DNA of 62,200 nt, counting the filler, from Basidioascus undulatus (Eukaryota): assembly GCA_000826855.1 (NCBI GenBank). It is 5 parts of 5 records of this genome, joined end to end, with 100 filler letters (N's around TTAATTAATTAA, not from the genome) between each part and the next. Parts side by side here need not be neighbours in the genome. Positions count along the whole stretch, not along the records: positions 53,970 to 62,200 come from JTLS01001421.1; 4 more parts are not named here. One strand, written 5' to 3'. The notes below the pieces were generated by a model. The model ran no database searches and was not told where the DNA came from. It saw only the letters and a list, made by a program, of their open reading frames with translations. Made by a program: the position numbers and the translations under genes. Positions 60,003-62,200 of this stretch are shown here, one piece after another (position 1 is the first letter of the stretch; every line of letters starts with the position of its first letter).

Positions 60003-62200
60003 ATGTCCAGCACTTCCCCAACGCCCATCCTCTCGCTCCTGCTAGCCCACCATCTCCCCACCCCGACCCCCGCCCAGCTCCCGACCCTCCTTCCGCTCCT
60101 CCGCTCCACCTCCGCCCTCTCCCCCTCCTCCACCGCCGCCCTCTCGCCCGCGACCGCGCACAAGTTCAGCGTGCGCGTGAATGCGCTGCTGGGGAGCAGG
60201 AGCGCAGAGGAAAGGGAGGTTGGCGTTGCGTTGGCGGAGGAGTGGGTCGCCCAGGCGGGCAGGGACGTCGTGAGAAGGGAGGGGAAGACCTGGTTCCAGG
60301 GGCTGCTGGCGATCATTTCCGTGCGTCCATAACCCCTACTCTCCTCGTCCCCTACTTCCAAACCGGATACTGACAGGTTTCGAATGTGCATGAGGTTATC
60401 AGAAATCCACCGACCCCCTCCCCATCCTCTCCCCGGCCCTCTCCCTCCTCTCCCCCCTCTTCACGCACTCCCTCACTCTCCCCGAGTTCGCGCGCGAGGT
60501 CGCCCAGCCCCTTAGCGCAAAGTACGTTCTCTCGCTCCTGGACTTCTCGTCCAAGCGGCCCGACGCGCTCGACGCGGTCCTGCGTGCGCTGCGCACCCAC
60601 CTCCTCTCGCACCCGACCACCGCGCGCGCGCACCTCCCGCGCCTGCTCGCGCTCACCACACACCTCCTCGGCCTACCCGCCCCGCCGCAGGGGACGTACG
60701 CCCTGTATGCCGCTCTGCACCGCGCGCATGGCAAGGCCGCTGCGCCCGAGGCGTGGCGCGCGTCGCTGGAGAACGTACTCGCAACCGCGCACGCGACGCT
60801 GGGCGCGCACCTCGCCTCCTCCTTTGTCGAGGAAGACCTTCCCGCTGCGTCCCTCCCTGCGCACCCGCCTCTCGAGATGGCTTCCCTCCCGCAGGACCCC
60901 CTCCTCGGCGTGCCTGCCTCCCTCGCGCGACTCGACGCGCTCCTCCGAACCCTCACCGAGATGCTCCGCTTCGAGACGGACCGCCCCGTCCCGATCTCGA
61001 TCGGGCAGGTCGTCGCACTCGCCGAGCGGATGCTACGTCTCACCCCCGACGCGCCCGTGAACGACCGGACGTACGTGGACGGCACCCAGCTCGCGCTCGC
61101 GCTCGCGGCACTCCCGCACTTGCATGCGCTCGCAAGCGCCCTCCTGGCCCAGCTCGCACTCACAGCGCGCTCACACCTCACCCCCCACACGCCGCGCGTC
61201 CTCGCGCTCGTTGCACACATCCTCAACCACCCGTCCACGACCCCTGCGTCTGCGCACGCGCTCCTCGCTCTCATCCCGTACCTCCTCGAGTCCACCCACC
61301 CGCCTGCACCGGCGGCAGCGGCAGACGACGCCCTCCCCAAGCTCACGAAGACGTGCTTGCGCACGCTTGCGCCCCTGTTCCCTTCCTCGGCTTCCCCGAT
61401 CGCTGCTGCCAATGCGAAGGACGCCGCCGCCGCGGGCGAGGGCGCGGGCAAGGGAAAGGGAAAGAAGCGCGCCAGGCAGATGTTCGAGACGGACGAGGTG
61501 TTTGCGCGAGAGGGCGGTGGTTCAGGAGCTTTGGGCGACCCGGAGAAGCGGGCGATTCTGGCAGCACTGCATGGTCCGTCTTCCTCTCCCTGCTCTCCCT
61601 TCTCTCCTATCCCGTTCCTCTTTACTCTCTTTTCCTTCTCCCTTCTCCCTTCCTCATTCTTCCCGACTCAACCCACGACCTCCCCCCACAGCGCTCGCCG
61701 CCCTCCTTCCGTACGTGCCCGTCCTCGCGCCGCTCGCACACCGTACGCTGCTGGCCCTCGCGCTCGCCGGCCCGGCAGCCCTGCCAGACCCCATCGCCGC
61801 GCGGATCGTCGCCCTCCTCGGGCAAACGGACGCGCTCGCCGGGCAGGCGGGGCCGTGGGCGGGCAGGGCGCTGAGCGACGCTGCGAGCGCTGGGGATTAC
61901 GAGGTGGGTTTATCTTCCCGCTCCTCTTCCTCCATCTCTCCTTCCTTCCCTCTGTCCTTCGTTCTCTCTCCGTTGACGATTGGACTTGCATCTGGACAGA
62001 CTCGCCGCGCAGCCTTCCACTCCCTCTCCTCCCTCTCCCTGCTCCTCCACCCGCTCGTCCCGGCCCCTCCGCTCCCGACCAACGCCGCGGTCCCCTCCTC
62101 CGCCGGCGACGAGCTCGCCGAGGTCGAGCGCGTGCGCAAGGCGCTCGGGTTCCCTTCGGCTGCCGTCGCTGTCGACCACCTGCCCCAGCGCCAGAGGGTA
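60003..62200 (+). CDS. RIX1: Rix1/PELP1-like pre-rRNA processing protein, runs off window
   Basis: 'HKFSVRVNALLGS...GVALA..W...W.QGLL.II' and 'LPEFAREVAQP'; helical repeats; 'GKGKGKKRAR' motif; several GT-AG introns. Confidence 0.75.

Noticed and set aside
28..62179. Many long antisense or overlapping ORFs over GC-rich exons (e.g. 743-1681, 49812-50535, 60399-61451)
   Set aside because: Shadow ORFs expected from high GC3 codon bias; no independent motifs.

Overview
Eukaryotic, GC-rich, intron-dense fungal DNA. It is a basidiomycete, plausibly Pucciniomycotina (inferred from gene content, codon use and GTGCGT/GTACGT/GTGAGT donors). The window is five contigs joined by identical artificial 100-nt spacers (44 N + TTAATTAATTAA + 44 N), so adjacency across spacers is unproven. 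Recognisable spliced genes: Spt23/Mga2-like transcription factor (partial), aldo/keto reductase, ITPA/HAM1, PPR protein (partial), SKI2 helicase (partial), BST1/PGAP1, carboxypeptidase S, a loosenin-like DPBB protein, ferric reductase, SNAP43-like protein, PCM1, DSC2-like and RIX1-like (partial). Accessory content includes two disabled F-box-like genes, a MYND pseudogene and a CpG-eroded DIRS/Ngaro retroelement. The two most unusual loci are (i) a repeat protein with dibasic sites and an alternating beta-strand core, resembling a Kex2-processed repeat protein (7584-8204, minus), and (ii) a secreted protein whose Gly/Ser tail is encoded by 12 consecutive symmetric phase-1 exons, about one repeat per exon (23308-26434). 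All splice models were read by eye; no searches were run.
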